Source: an uncultured Bacillales bacterium (GTDB lineage: Bacteria > Bacillota_I > Bacilli_A > RFN20 > CAG-826). Taken from it: a DNA stretch of 64,000 nucleotides. Position numbers and translations under genes: made by a program. The first letter of the stretch is position 1. Each line of letters begins with the position of its first letter. Where the stretch lies: contig CAJJXG010000003.1 in the NCBI GenBank assembly GCA_905197045.1, positions 30,146 through 94,145 of the forward strand. The letters run 5' to 3'. Below the pieces are notes generated by a model. The model saw only the letters and a list, made by a program, of their open reading frames with translations. It was not told where the DNA came from and made no database searches. Shown here piece after piece: positions 7,188-17,764 of the stretch.

Positions 7188-8936
7188 TTAAATATGTGCA
7201 CTAAGAAGGATAAAACCATAGGAATTTATGCTCTTTCCTTCGACTTTATTAGAAAGAACAATCTTGCTATCATCCTTTAAAAAGTTTGCTAAATTTAAAC
7301 TTTTATTAGAATTATTAATAATTAAAGTATACTTATCGTTTAAATAGATTCTTCTTAATATTAATAAGCCTTCATCACTATAACTTAGTTCCATCTCTCC
7401 TTTTTTAAAAGCATCTAGCTTTCTTAAAGCAAAGATCTTTTTCATTAAGGCAAATTCTTCACTATTAAATTCTTTTGAATCCCATTCCATACCTTTACGG
7501 TTAAAAGGATCATCTCCTCCTTCCATAAAGATTTCATCACCATAATAAACCATTGGTAAACCAATAAAAGAAATTAAAAATAATTCACTTAATAAATATA
7601 AATCCTTATTACCATTTAAATAACTATAAAAACGATGAGCATCATGACTATCAATGAGATTAAGAAGCATCTTATTTGTTGGAGTTTTATAGCGGATTAA
7701 TTCATTATTTAATCTTTCAACAAACTCTTTAGTAGAGATTGTTTTATCTGCAAAATAAGCTTTTAAGTTAAATAAGAAAGCATAATTCATTGATGAATCC
7801 CATTCATTAGAATTTAAAAAAGAATAAGCGTTATACCAACATTCTCCAATTATAAATATATCTTCTTTAATCTTTGTTAATTCTTTTTTAAATTCAATCC
7901 AAAAAGAATGAGGTATTTCATTTGAGACATCAAGTCGATAAGCATCAATATCGCATTCTTTTAAATAATACTTAGCAACTTCTAAAAAATAGTTTTTAGC
8001 TAAATCATTATTAAGATTTACTTTAGGCATCATAAAGCTTTCAGAAAAGCTCATATAATTAATTGGTTTTTGATATTTAACTTCATCTCCTTCAATCATG
8101 TAAAAATCAAAGTATTTAGAATGTTTACCATTTTTAATTACATCTTGAAAGAAAGGATGGAAAAAGGAAGTATGATTAAAAACAAGATCCATGCAAACTA
8201 AGATATCTAACTCATGAGCTTTTTTAACAAGTTCTTTAAAAGTTGATAAATCTCCTAAACGAGGATCAATTTCATAATAATCTAAAGTGTCGTATTTATG
8301 ATTAGAGTTAGCTTTAAAAATTGGGGTAAGATAGATTGCACCAATTCCAAGATCTTTTAAATACTCTAATTTGTCCTTTACTCCTTTTAAATCTCCTCCT
8401 AAAAAGATTGGATGATATTTCCCATCTTTAAATGCATATAAATCAGTTGAATCCCAGCTTCTTGTAACATAATCCTTATTTAATGAGTCTGAAGATTTTT
8501 TAAAGCTATCAACAAAGATTTGATAAAAGATTCTTCCTTCAAATTTAGAGTTAACTTTTACAATGTCATTAGAGTTTATAAAAGCATAACGAAAAGCACT
8601 AATTTGCGAGTAAGTATAATCATAACTTTTGCTTAGTCCTTCATCAGATAAATAATACTCTTTATCATCTTTATCAATAATATGAAAGATATAAGAAAAA
8701 GATGGGAAGTTATTAAAAAGCGTTGCTTCATAATAAAGAAAATCTGAGTCAGAGTATTTAATCTCCATCTTTTTCTTTTCTCTTTCTTTAATAAAGCGCA
8801 TTGCTGGATTAAATAAAACTTCCACAAGTTTAAAAGAATCTTCTTTACTTGCTCTTAAACGTAAAGAGAGAGTTTTTTCATCAAGAGGATAAGCATATTC
8901 AGAATCTATTCTATGTAACAAAGCTAATCTATTCAT
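7188..8936 (-). CDS. GH13 alpha-amylase family enzyme, neopullulanase / cyclomaltodextrinase / maltogenic amylase-like, cytoplasmic
   Basis: GH13 conserved regions are present: DLVFNHTS, DAYRLDVSNEIP, IIGECW, LIDSHDAHR. An N-terminal domain precedes the barrel. No signal peptide. Confidence 0.85.
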   Translation of the reverse strand: MNRLALLHRIDSEYAYPLDEKTLSLRLRASKEDSFKLVEVLFNPAMRFIKEREKKKMEIKYSDSDFLYYEATLFNNFPSFSYIFHIIDKDDKEYYLSDEGLSKSYDYTYSQISAFRYAFINSNDIVKVNSKFEGRIFYQIFVDSFKKSSDSLNKDYVTRSWDSTDLYAFKDGKYHPIFLGGDLKGVKDKLEYLKDLGIGAIYLTPIFKANSNHKYDTLDYYEIDPRLGDLSTFKELVKKAHELDILVCMDLVFNHTSFFHPFFQDVIKNGKHSKYFDFYMIEGDEVKYQKPINYMSFSESFMMPKVNLNNDLAKNYFLEVAKYYLKECDIDAYRLDVSNEIPHSFWIEFKKELTKIKEDIFIIGECWYNAYSFLNSNEWDSSMNYAFLFNLKAYFADKTISTKEFVERLNNELIRYKTPTNKMLLNLIDSHDAHRFYSYLNGNKDLYLLSELFLISFIGLPMVYYGDEIFMEGGDDPFNRKGMEWDSKEFNSEEFALMKKIFALRKLDAFKKGEMELSYSDEGLLILRRIYLNDKYTLIINNSNKSLNLANFLKDDSKIVLSNKVEGKSINSYGFILLSAHI

Positions 8937-9334
8937 ATATTCCCTTTCATCAAGTTAATATTATAAAAGAAGCTCTATATTAATTAATAGATAATCTTTT
9001 TAAACTTTTTAAAAATATTTTTTAATTTTACGAACTAAACTCCTTTATATTAGTGAAGGAGTATTAAGCTTTACTCTTTCACTTATTTTAGGAGGTGATG
9101 ATCTTCATTTAATTATTAGTTTTATTGCACTTTTATTCATCTTAAGTGTCTCTAACTTATGCATTTATTTTTAAATAAGAAAGTCTTTTTCTTTATTTAA
9201 CTAATTTCTTCTTACTAAGAAGAAATAGTCTTAGCTTAAGTTAATAGAAACAAAAAACTTCCCTATTTTATTAAAAATAGTGCAAAAATGGCATTAAATT
9301 TGCTTTTTTAAATTACGTTTGCTAGAATCTATTT

Positions 9335-9838
9335 ATGACAAGCAAAAGATTTTTAAGAAAAGTAAGTTTATCCGATTTGACTGAGTTATCCTTAATGCTC
9401 AAAGATTTTTGGGTTTCTCAACTTATTGAAGCAAGCGATGAAGATATATTAGAAGACATTAGAAGGATGCTTTCTCCTAAATGTTTTGGCTACCTTATTA
9501 TGCTTGATAATAATATTGCCGGCTTTACTTTTGTTAATGAAAAATATGGCTATACCAATAACATTGAATATCTTTATATTAAACCTGAATTTAGAAGAAA
9601 AGGTTTAGCTAGTTTTGCTTTAAAAAAGATTAAGGAAATAGTCCTTGCTAAAGGAAATCCACGTGTTCAAATTGAAGTTGCTCCAAATAATATTAGTGCT
9701 TTAAAGCTTTACTATAAGCAAGGCTTTACTTCAATTGACACTATTACTTTATCGACTTCTATCGCTGGAAAAACTAAAAAATTCACTTTCCAAAACATGG
9801 AATTTTTAGCTAATCCAAAAGAATCATTTAAAGAATAA
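9335..9838 (+). CDS. GNAT family N-acetyltransferase
   Basis: Acetyl-CoA binding motif A-like segment IKPEFRRKGLASFALKKI; 167 aa. Confidence 0.7.
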   Translation: MTSKRFLRKVSLSDLTELSLMLKDFWVSQLIEASDEDILEDIRRMLSPKCFGYLIMLDNNIAGFTFVNEKYGYTNNIEYLYIKPEFRRKGLASFALKKIKEIVLAKGNPRVQIEVAPNNISALKLYYKQGFTSIDTITLSTSIAGKTKKFTFQNMEFLANPKESFKE

Positions 9839-9918
9839 TTAATAGAGAGAACATCTATAAATTATCACTAATTATTTAGTTGCAATTTAAGAAAGTATAA
9901 TTAAAATATTCTTTCGGT

Positions 9919-11328
9919 ATGCAACTGAAGTCTATGGATTTAACTAGTGGATCAACCACTACTTTAATCAAAAAAGTAATATTATTTTCTTTGCCATTAA
10001 TGCTCGTCGGATGCCTCGAAATTTTATTTTCAACATTCGATTTAATAGTCATAGAAGGATATGAAGGTGAGTTAGCGGCTGCTGCTGTTGGAGCTAACGC
10101 TGCTTTAAACTCCCTTTTGACAAATGTTTTTATAGGCTTATCAGCTGGAGAAAACGTTATCATCGCTAAATATTATGGCGAAAACGATAAGGTTTCTGCT
10201 GAAAAAGCTTGCTATTCTGGGTTAATTTTAGCTTTTTTATCTGGAGTTATAGTAATGATTATCGGCTATTTTTTAGCTCCATCATTATTAAAACTTCAAA
10301 ATGTTGACGAATCATATTTTAATTTAGCGGTTGAGTATTTAAGAACTTATTTTTACGCTCTTCCTTTTATTAGCATTTATAATTTTGGTAGTGCAATCTT
10401 TAGAGGAACAGGTAATTCGAGAATGCCTCTTATATTTTTAGGCATTGCTGGCTTACTTCATATATCACTTAATTATCTTTTTGTTTACGCTTGTCATTTA
10501 TCAGTTGTTGGAACTGGATTAAGTAGTATATTTTCTTATCTAACAGCTTCTATACTTGTATTTATCTTCTTAAAGAAAAATAAGAACTTTATCGACTTTA
10601 AATTTAAAAAGATTCGTCTATATAAGAAAGAGACACTTGAGATATTAAAAGTTGGAATACCTAGCGGACTTCAAGGAATGATTTTTGCTGTTTCTAACAT
10701 GATACTTCAATCAACTGTCAATACTTGGGGCCCTCGCGTTGTTGAAGTTAATGCGGATTGTGAATCAATTGAAAACTTTTGCTACACTTCTATGTTTTCA
10801 ATTGCTCAAGGCGGCTCAGCTTTTATTAGTGCAAATTATGGAAAAGGCGAAACTAAAAACGTTAAAAAACTCATATTTATAATTGAAGGCGTCTGTATGG
10901 GTTTTGGCTTATTAATCGGTCTTTCGCTTTTGGCTTTACACACTCCTTTAATTGCTGCTTATACAGGTGGAAAAGCTGATTCAGAATTTTATTTATTATG
11001 TTTTGAAAGATTATCACTTCTTTTACCAACTTACTTTATATGTGGAGCCATGGATTCTTTCACTAATTTCTTACGTGGATTAAATAGAGCAATAATTCCA
11101 ATGATAATCTCAATCTTTTGGGCTTGTATTTTTAGACTTATTTGGAATTTCTTTATTTATTCTCCTGATCCAGAAAGTATCATGCACTCTACTCTTATTT
11201 TATATACTTGTTATCCAGTAAGTTGGTGCGCTTCTTTAATCAGTCAATTAGTTTATTATTTAATTGAACGCAAAAAAATCTATCGAGAAATCGAAAAGAA
11301 TAAAGTTGCTTTTCAAAATGCTCAATAG
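9919..11328 (+). CDS. MATE family efflux transporter
   Basis: About 12 TM helices. N-terminus DLTSGSTTTLIKKVILFSLPLML is typical of MATE/NorM-like pumps. 469 aa. Confidence 0.8.
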   Translation: MQLKSMDLTSGSTTTLIKKVILFSLPLMLVGCLEILFSTFDLIVIEGYEGELAAAAVGANAALNSLLTNVFIGLSAGENVIIAKYYGENDKVSAEKACYSGLILAFLSGVIVMIIGYFLAPSLLKLQNVDESYFNLAVEYLRTYFYALPFISIYNFGSAIFRGTGNSRMPLIFLGIAGLLHISLNYLFVYACHLSVVGTGLSSIFSYLTASILVFIFLKKNKNFIDFKFKKIRLYKKETLEILKVGIPSGLQGMIFAVSNMILQSTVNTWGPRVVEVNADCESIENFCYTSMFSIAQGGSAFISANYGKGETKNVKKLIFIIEGVCMGFGLLIGLSLLALHTPLIAAYTGGKADSEFYLLCFERLSLLLPTYFICGAMDSFTNFLRGLNRAIIPMIISIFWACIFRLIWNFFIYSPDPESIMHSTLILYTCYPVSWCASLISQLVYYLIERKKIYREIEKNKVAFQNAQ

Positions 11329-11339
11329 ATTTAATTAGA

Positions 11340-12053
11340 CTATTTAGTTATATCAAAATGTTGAAATGTAACTGAATCAGCGTAAGGTTTAATTTTGTTA
11401 TAGTCCTCTTTATTTTCAATTGTCCAGCACATTACAAGTTTAGTTTGTTTAACTTTTTGGTATTTTTCTTTTTCTAAAAGTTCCCACTCTAAGTCAACGC
11501 CCTCAAAGAAACATCTTAAGGCAAAAACCCAACTATTCTTTTTATCAACTAATAAGGATCTAATAAATCCACTATCTTTAAATGGATAAAGACATTGAGG
11601 ATAAAAAGAAATTAAAACAATGTTTCTTTTATCTTTTATTACCTTTAAAGCTTCTTTAACTTTTAAAGCAAGATCTTTATAGTTTTTAGTTTTAGAATAT
11701 GGTTTTAATTCAACAACAATAGGTACTCTTTCTTTTGTTAAATCAAAGACTTCTTCTAAAGTAGGAATTATCTCACCATTAAGTAACTTGAAGTTATTTT
11801 TAATCTCTTCTAGGGTAAGCTCTTCAATAATGCCTTCTTTACCAGTTGTTCTTAAAAGATTAGAGTCATGACATACAATAAGTTTATTGTCTTTTGTTAA
11901 ATGAACATCAAGTTCAAAAGCAAAGTTATGTTCGATTGCATTTTTAAAGGCATCAAGTCCGTTTTCAATATAAAACTTATTGTGATAGCCTCTATGAGCT
12001 ACTCCTTTTAAAATTAAAGGATTCACTCTATTAAGAATTTCCTCTTTTTTCAT
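11340..12053 (-). CDS. Glycerophosphodiester phosphodiesterase (GDPD family)
   Basis: Motifs VAHRGY...ENGLDAF and FELDVHLTKDNKLIVCHDSNL. Confidence 0.85.
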   Translation of the reverse strand: MKKEEILNRVNPLILKGVAHRGYHNKFYIENGLDAFKNAIEHNFAFELDVHLTKDNKLIVCHDSNLLRTTGKEGIIEELTLEEIKNNFKLLNGEIIPTLEEVFDLTKERVPIVVELKPYSKTKNYKDLALKVKEALKVIKDKRNIVLISFYPQCLYPFKDSGFIRSLLVDKKNSWVFALRCFFEGVDLEWELLEKEKYQKVKQTKLVMCWTIENKEDYNKIKPYADSVTFQHFDITK

Positions 12054-12055
12054 TA

Positions 12056-13501
12056 TCAGTCATCGCCTCCTATAGATTCTAATCCTTTTTTAAAATCTGT
12101 TTTTGTGGATTTAACATTTTTAACAAATAGGAAAACTACAAAAGAAACGCTTAGGCAAACTAAAGCATAAATTGGTAAGATTCCAAAATCAAAAGATGGA
12201 ACAAGAAGAATAGAACCTAATGCTACTGGAGTAATAGTTTGAGCAGCCATTGATGCAGCATAATAATAACCAGTAAAGCGACCAATCTTTTTAGAATTAC
12301 AGAGTTCAACAACCATTGGATAAGAATTAACATGGACTAAAGACATACCAAATCCTTTTATAAACCAAATAAAATAAAGGAATATTGGGAATTGTTTACT
12401 TCCTTCAGCAAATTCTAAAAGCGTAAAGCTCAAAATGGCCCAAACAATGTAAGATAAAAGGGTCAAGCCAAGACCACCAACTAGAGTCCGTTTTCTGCCA
12501 ATTTTTCCAGCAATTATTCCACCAATTGCAAACCCAATTACAGAACCGACTCCTCCAACAATTGTGTTAATCATGTTAGACATCGAAGAAGCTTCAAAAT
12601 AATAAATGGTGTAATTCCCCATAAATGTAGAAATACCATTATCACTCATAAACCAGAAGAATTCGGCGACAAGAATTAAAATAAGCATTATTTTATTACT
12701 TCTTGTTAAAGGTTTATCATCAAATACTTTTTCTTTAAGTTCAGATAATTCTTCTCCACGTTTCATTTCAGGAGCAATTTCTGCTTCAATCTTATTTTCC
12801 TTAATTTTAAAGAATAAGACGAGGCAAGAGATAATCATTAAAACTGAAGCGAGTAAGAATGGAATTTCAATTACCCAAATATTTCCAGCGGCCCATCCGC
12901 CTTCTTCGTTTTGATCTAAATAATCGGTTAAAACAAAGACAATACCAACAATTGTTGCAAATGCTCCACCGATATAACCCATGATATTTATAATGCCATT
13001 TGCTTTACTTCTTAATGGTTTTGGCGTCATATCAGGCATCAAGCTAACAGCTGGATTTCGATACATCATCATAAATATAACAACTATCGCCATCATCGAA
13101 ATAACTCCGGCTATATTGTTAAAGTGAAAAAAGACAGGAATAAAAGGAAAGGCTACCGCACAAACAAAAGTACCAACAAGAATATAAGGCATTCTTTTAC
13201 CAATTGGCGACTTTGTTTTATCAGATAAGGCCCCAAAAATAGGAAGAAGGATTAACGCTGCAAGATTATCAAGAGCCATGATAATTCCTACAAGATATTG
13301 GACTTCTTCTTCATTTGTGATATTTGGGAAAGCTCCCTTAAAAAGTTCTGTCAAAAACGTTGGACACCATGAATCATAAACTTGCCATAAAAGTAAGATA
13401 CCAAAGAAAGCAAAACCGATTATCGCTGTTCTTTTGATATTTAGTTTTAATTCAGGTTCATGACTTTGACTTATATTATTTTCCATAAACATCTCCTTCA
13501 A
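12056..13501 (-). CDS. MFS transporter, 12 TM
   Basis: Hydrophobic profile with two six-helix halves separated by a charged loop (KENKIEAEIAPEMKRGEELSELKEK). Sits tightly between the HAD and GDPD genes. Confidence 0.7.
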   Translation of the reverse strand: MKEMFMENNISQSHEPELKLNIKRTAIIGFAFFGILLLWQVYDSWCPTFLTELFKGAFPNITNEEEVQYLVGIIMALDNLAALILLPIFGALSDKTKSPIGKRMPYILVGTFVCAVAFPFIPVFFHFNNIAGVISMMAIVVIFMMMYRNPAVSLMPDMTPKPLRSKANGIINIMGYIGGAFATIVGIVFVLTDYLDQNEEGGWAAGNIWVIEIPFLLASVLMIISCLVLFFKIKENKIEAEIAPEMKRGEELSELKEKVFDDKPLTRSNKIMLILILVAEFFWFMSDNGISTFMGNYTIYYFEASSMSNMINTIVGGVGSVIGFAIGGIIAGKIGRKRTLVGGLGLTLLSYIVWAILSFTLLEFAEGSKQFPIFLYFIWFIKGFGMSLVHVNSYPMVVELCNSKKIGRFTGYYYAASMAAQTITPVALGSILLVPSFDFGILPIYALVCLSVSFVVFLFVKNVKSTKTDFKKGLESIGGDD

Positions 13502-13516
13502 TTTTTATGAAAATAG

Positions 13517-14167
13517 TTAACTTTTAAAGACTTTTTCAACTAAATTAGGTAGTTCTTGTAATGAATTTATTTTTAAAACACTTTCATCAACTTTCCCGAA
13601 TCCATAGGAAGCATGAATAAAATTAACGTTTGCTTTTTTGCTTTCAAGAAAATCTTTTTTAGTATCACCAACATAAATAACTTCTTGGTAGTTATATTTA
13701 TCTTTTACTAAAATAATATTTTCCCATTTCTCTAAGTTCGTATCTCCAGCACATACGTGTCCTTTGAAGTATTTATTAAAATTATATGCTTTAAGGTAGC
13801 CTTCAATATAACCTTTATCAGAATTTGAAATAATAAAAAGTGGATATTTATTCGACAAAACTTTAAGGATTTCTTCTTCGTGAGGATATAGTTTTCCTGG
13901 GTTATTTTGTAAATATAGAATTTCCTCATTTAAGCATAAAGCAAAATATTCAAGTCCTTTCTTTAACGAAACATCTTTAAAAGCTAATGGTGCCGTTTCT
14001 AAAGGAGTTAAACCCATAAAGGATTTTATTGTTTCAAAAGAAAAAGTATAATTTAGCTTATTTTCCTTCATGGCCTTATTCCAAGCTTCCATAATTTGAA
14101 TAAGAGCATCCCATAAAGTTCCATCTAAATCAAAGAAAATTGCTTTATCACTCTTTAATTTTTCCAT
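13517..14167 (-). CDS. HAD-superfamily phosphatase
   Basis: Motif I FFDLDGTLWD, motif II ISNS, motif IV VGDTKKD. Confidence 0.8.
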   Translation of the reverse strand: MEKLKSDKAIFFDLDGTLWDALIQIMEAWNKAMKENKLNYTFSFETIKSFMGLTPLETAPLAFKDVSLKKGLEYFALCLNEEILYLQNNPGKLYPHEEEILKVLSNKYPLFIISNSDKGYIEGYLKAYNFNKYFKGHVCAGDTNLEKWENIILVKDKYNYQEVIYVGDTKKDFLESKKANVNFIHASYGFGKVDESVLKINSLQELPNLVEKVFKS

Positions 14168-14247
14168 CGTTAATTCCTAAATAATTATACCACTCGTTTA
14201 TCTAAACTCTAAACAAGAGATTGTAAGTCTTTCTTTACAAAATCTGC

Positions 14248-15354
14248 TTAATCAAAAGTTTTACTTACTTTCACTAATAAATCGCGAATAGGCAAATGTT
14301 GTGGACAAATATTTTCACATTTACCGCATTTTATGCAATCTTTAGCTTTACCATGTTCCTTCGTGTGGAACACATAAAAATCTTTTGCATTAAGATCATT
14401 AAATTTGATGATGGAATTATAATCGCGGAATAAATCAGGAATTAGAATATGTTTTGGACATCCATCAACACAATATTTGCAACTTGTACAAGGAATTGTA
14501 GGTATAGATTTAAAAATCTTCACAACTTTTTTAAGAGCTTCTTTCTCTTTTTCGTTAAGTGGTTCAAATTCTTTCATAAAAGAAACATTATCGTTTAATT
14601 GTTCCATATTACTCATCCCACTTAAAACCATAAACACATTTGAGAAAGATGCGGCAAATCTAATAGCGTAGGAAGCATTGCTACCATTATGTAAATTTTC
14701 TAAAACTTTACTAGCCTCTTTTGGTAGATTTACTAAACTTCCGCCTTTAACAGGTTCCATTACAATAACTGGTTTATTATGTTTTAATGCAACTTCATAG
14801 CAAAGACGAGATTGGACAACAGGATCTTCGTAGTCTAAGTAGTTAAATTGAAGTTGGACAACTTCTACTTCAGGATGTTCTGTTAAAATCTTATCTAAAA
14901 ACTCAGCAGAATCATGAAAAGATATCCCAATGTGTTTAATTTTACCTTCTTCTTTTAACTTTTTAGCTACATCATAGGCGTGACATTTTTGATATTGATC
15001 ATAGTTGTTCTTTTGCTGGGCATGCATTAAATAGAAATCAAAATATTCTACTCCGCAAGCTTCAAGCTGTTTATTAAAAAGAGGAATAATATCTTCTTCT
15101 TTTGAAAAATAATTTGGTGAAAGCTTATTTGTTAAAACATAGTCTTCACGTTTATATCTTTTGGTAAGACATTCTCTAATGGCAATCTCACTTTGTTCGC
15201 TCAAATAGCCATGTGCCGTATCAAAATAATTAAATCCACTTGAAATAAAGTAATCGACCATTTTAGAAAATTCATCTAAATCAATTTTCTTGTCTTCACT
15301 AAGCGGAAGTCTCATAACGCCAAAGCCAAAGTTCTTTTTGATCTCTTTAAACAT
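14248..15354 (-). CDS. Aldo/keto reductase with a C-terminal 2x[4Fe-4S] ferredoxin-like domain
   Basis: AKR motifs FGVMRLP and FDTAHGY. C-terminal CTSCKYCVDGCP and CIKCGKCENICP. Start moved to MFKEIKK (15354) because GAGAGGTGA lies 5 nt upstream; the track ORF extends to 15369. Confidence 0.8.
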   Translation of the reverse strand: MFKEIKKNFGFGVMRLPLSEDKKIDLDEFSKMVDYFISSGFNYFDTAHGYLSEQSEIAIRECLTKRYKREDYVLTNKLSPNYFSKEEDIIPLFNKQLEACGVEYFDFYLMHAQQKNNYDQYQKCHAYDVAKKLKEEGKIKHIGISFHDSAEFLDKILTEHPEVEVVQLQFNYLDYEDPVVQSRLCYEVALKHNKPVIVMEPVKGGSLVNLPKEASKVLENLHNGSNASYAIRFAASFSNVFMVLSGMSNMEQLNDNVSFMKEFEPLNEKEKEALKKVVKIFKSIPTIPCTSCKYCVDGCPKHILIPDLFRDYNSIIKFNDLNAKDFYVFHTKEHGKAKDCIKCGKCENICPQHLPIRDLLVKVSKTFD

Positions 15355-15416
15355 ATAATCACCTCTCATATTTATCGTTTTTATTTGAGTTTTGCATACT
15401 TTTCAACAAAATTTAG

Positions 15417-16772
15417 CTATTTTATGATTATTTCTTTCTTGTTTATTTTATATTCTTCATACTCATTAAATTCATCGTGAGCAAATTTACTAAAGAGCAT
15501 TCTCATGGTCTTAGTAATGTTTTGAGTTTTAGGATCATCAACCCTTTCAAAAGGAGTGTTATAGCCAAAAAGAACAGGTACATCACAAGCATGAAAAGTT
15601 TCTACTCCTAATTTAGCACAATCTGGCGAAGTATATTGGTACTCATATTTATAAGCTTTACCTTGATAATTACTTAATATTTCAAGCATCGGATCAATAT
15701 AAAGTTTATGAGTTAAAGCTATACTAGCTCTATGTCTATATGTATCGCCCTTTTTCTTCTTAAGTTTTAGTCCAAAAAGTTTAACCATAAAAGGTAAAGC
15801 AAAATCAGGTGCTTTAAGGAGAAATAAATTCCCTTCGTTAATCACATTTCCGATTAAAAGTGGCTTATTATTTAAGGCAGCAAGTTTTTTAGGCTCATCT
15901 TTTAATAAAACGCCATCAATTGTTGGTGAAAAAGGACATCTTAATTCTCCTTTTCTGTAAGCATAATCAGCTAACTTCTTATTAGCACCCTTAATTTCTT
16001 GAGGGGTCAAAGAATATAATTTATCTAAATTCTTTTTATTAATTTTAAGATAAGAAAGGTATTTCTTTGCTAATTTTCTACTTTCTTTTGGAAAGAAAAA
16101 ATGCTCACTTACAGGAGACATAACAATTGCTTTATGAAACAAATTACTAATTTCAGGAATCGACATTAAAGCAATAATTGAAGACCCCCCTGCTGATTGA
16201 CCAAAAAGCGTAATATTATTCTCATCCCCGCCAAAACTAGCAATATTTTCTTTAATGAATTTTAATGCGGCCATTTGATCATATATACCATTATTTAAAT
16301 CAAAATCATCACTTATTGAATGAAGATTTAAATAACCATATACGTTAAGACGATAGTTAAAATTTACAATAATACAGCCAGTATCATTAGCAAAATCGGA
16401 AGAATCATATTCGATTTGCAGGGTTTTATCATTTTTTAAACCAGTTCCTCCGGTTGCATAACTTCCACCATAAATCCAGACCATAACAGGAATCTTCTCT
16501 TTTTCTTTAGCTATTTTTGGAACATAAATGTTTAAATATAAAGAATCTTGACTGTTAAAGCCAACACTAAAAGTGCCTTCTCTTTGAATTGGATTTGCTT
16601 TAGGCTTATCGGCCTTATAAATACCACTCCACTTTTCAACTTCTTGAGGTCTTTTAAAAGATAAATCACCAACTGGTGCTTTTACAAAAGGTACTCCTAA
16701 AAAGCGATAACCTCGTTCTTCTTCAATGCCTTCAATTAAGCCTTTGTTTGTTTCAACAATTTTCGAAATCAT
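15417..16772 (-). CDS. Carboxylesterase type B (para-nitrobenzyl-esterase-like)
   Basis: Nucleophile elbow FGQSAGGSS, the QDSLYLNIYVP box, and oxyanion IYGGSYATGG. Confidence 0.85.
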   Translation of the reverse strand: MISKIVETNKGLIEGIEEERGYRFLGVPFVKAPVGDLSFKRPQEVEKWSGIYKADKPKANPIQREGTFSVGFNSQDSLYLNIYVPKIAKEKEKIPVMVWIYGGSYATGGTGLKNDKTLQIEYDSSDFANDTGCIIVNFNYRLNVYGYLNLHSISDDFDLNNGIYDQMAALKFIKENIASFGGDENNITLFGQSAGGSSIIALMSIPEISNLFHKAIVMSPVSEHFFFPKESRKLAKKYLSYLKINKKNLDKLYSLTPQEIKGANKKLADYAYRKGELRCPFSPTIDGVLLKDEPKKLAALNNKPLLIGNVINEGNLFLLKAPDFALPFMVKLFGLKLKKKKGDTYRHRASIALTHKLYIDPMLEILSNYQGKAYKYEYQYTSPDCAKLGVETFHACDVPVLFGYNTPFERVDDPKTQNITKTMRMLFSKFAHDEFNEYEEYKINKKEIIIK

Positions 16773-16774
16773 AA

Positions 16775-17605
16775 TTAATTTTGATTTAGAATCTTAATAG
16801 CTTCACCAAGAAGAGTTACAAAATTATTTTCAGCTTTTTTAGCTTCTATCACAACTTCTTCATCAGTTATCTTTTTCTTTTCAATGCCGCATGCCATATT
16901 AGAAATAAAGGATATTGCAATTGTTTTTATGTTCATATGATTTGAAGCGACTGCTTCAATTGCTGTTGACATACCACAGGCATCAGCACCCATATTTCTA
17001 AAAGCTTTTATTAAAGCTTTCGTTTCAAATTGTGGACCTGGATATTGAATGAAAACACCTTTATGAATAGGTAATCCAATTTCATTTGCTTTTATAAATA
17101 CTTTATTAAGAAGAGTTTCATCATATGGATTCGACATATCAGGAAAACGAGTTCCGATTTGATTATCATTTTCCCCTCTTAATGGTGAAGGCATAAAACA
17201 ATCAATATGATCTTCTATAAGCATAAATTCGCCAGGTTTAAAATTAAAATTAATTCCGCCGGCTGCATTAGTTAAGATTAATTTTTCGATTCCTAAAACA
17301 CCCATTAAACGAATAGGACGAATAACCTCTTCTGCTTCAAAACCTTCATAATAATGAACGCGCCCTTGCATAAAAACGCAAGGTATTCCATCAAAATATC
17401 CAAAAATAAATCTACCTTGATGAGCAGGATTAGTTGAGACTGGTAAGCCTGGGATATCCTTATAGTAAATTGAAGCCTTTATGTCTACTCTATTAACAAA
17501 ACTTCCTAATCCAGTGCCTAAAACAATGCCTATTTTTGGTTTAAAATCAGTAATTTCTCTTACTTTTTTAACCATTTCGATGTAGTCATTATATTTTAAT
17601 TTCAT
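16775..17605 (-). CDS. punA: Purine nucleoside phosphorylase, trimeric PNP/MTAP family
   Basis: Motifs GTGLGSF, HQGRFIFG, GRVHYYEG, LTNAAGG, GPQFET, MSTAIEAV. Confidence 0.85.
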   Translation of the reverse strand: MKLKYNDYIEMVKKVREITDFKPKIGIVLGTGLGSFVNRVDIKASIYYKDIPGLPVSTNPAHQGRFIFGYFDGIPCVFMQGRVHYYEGFEAEEVIRPIRLMGVLGIEKLILTNAAGGINFNFKPGEFMLIEDHIDCFMPSPLRGENDNQIGTRFPDMSNPYDETLLNKVFIKANEIGLPIHKGVFIQYPGPQFETKALIKAFRNMGADACGMSTAIEAVASNHMNIKTIAISFISNMACGIEKKKITDEEVVIEAKKAENNFVTLLGEAIKILNQN

Positions 17606-17700
17606 CTCTATGTCCTCATTAATTCTTATGTGATTATTATATTAAATTTCGCCTATTCACTTAATCATTTTTTAGTGATTTTACGACAAATTTTATCTTT

Positions 17701-17735
17701 GAAAAATAAAAGCAACCGCATAAATTAGCGATTGC
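17701..17735 (-). terminator. Rho-independent terminator after the 966-aa gene
   Basis: On the minus strand: gcaatcgc-taatttat-gcggttgc followed by ttttattttt. Confidence 0.55.
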
Positions 17736-17764
17736 CTCTATTTACATTCAACCCCTTTTTGAAT

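Noticed and set aside
9081-9226. Mini-ORF after a strong RBS (taggaggtgATGatcttcatttaa, MIFI-stop) and a 10-bp A/T hairpin (atttcttctt-act-aagaagaaat) between the amylase and GNAT genes, considered as a leader-peptide attenuator
   Set aside because: No downstream gene on that strand is plausibly regulated (the GNAT starts 110 nt later with no alternative structures). The hairpin lacks GC pairs and a T-run. The evidence is too weak.
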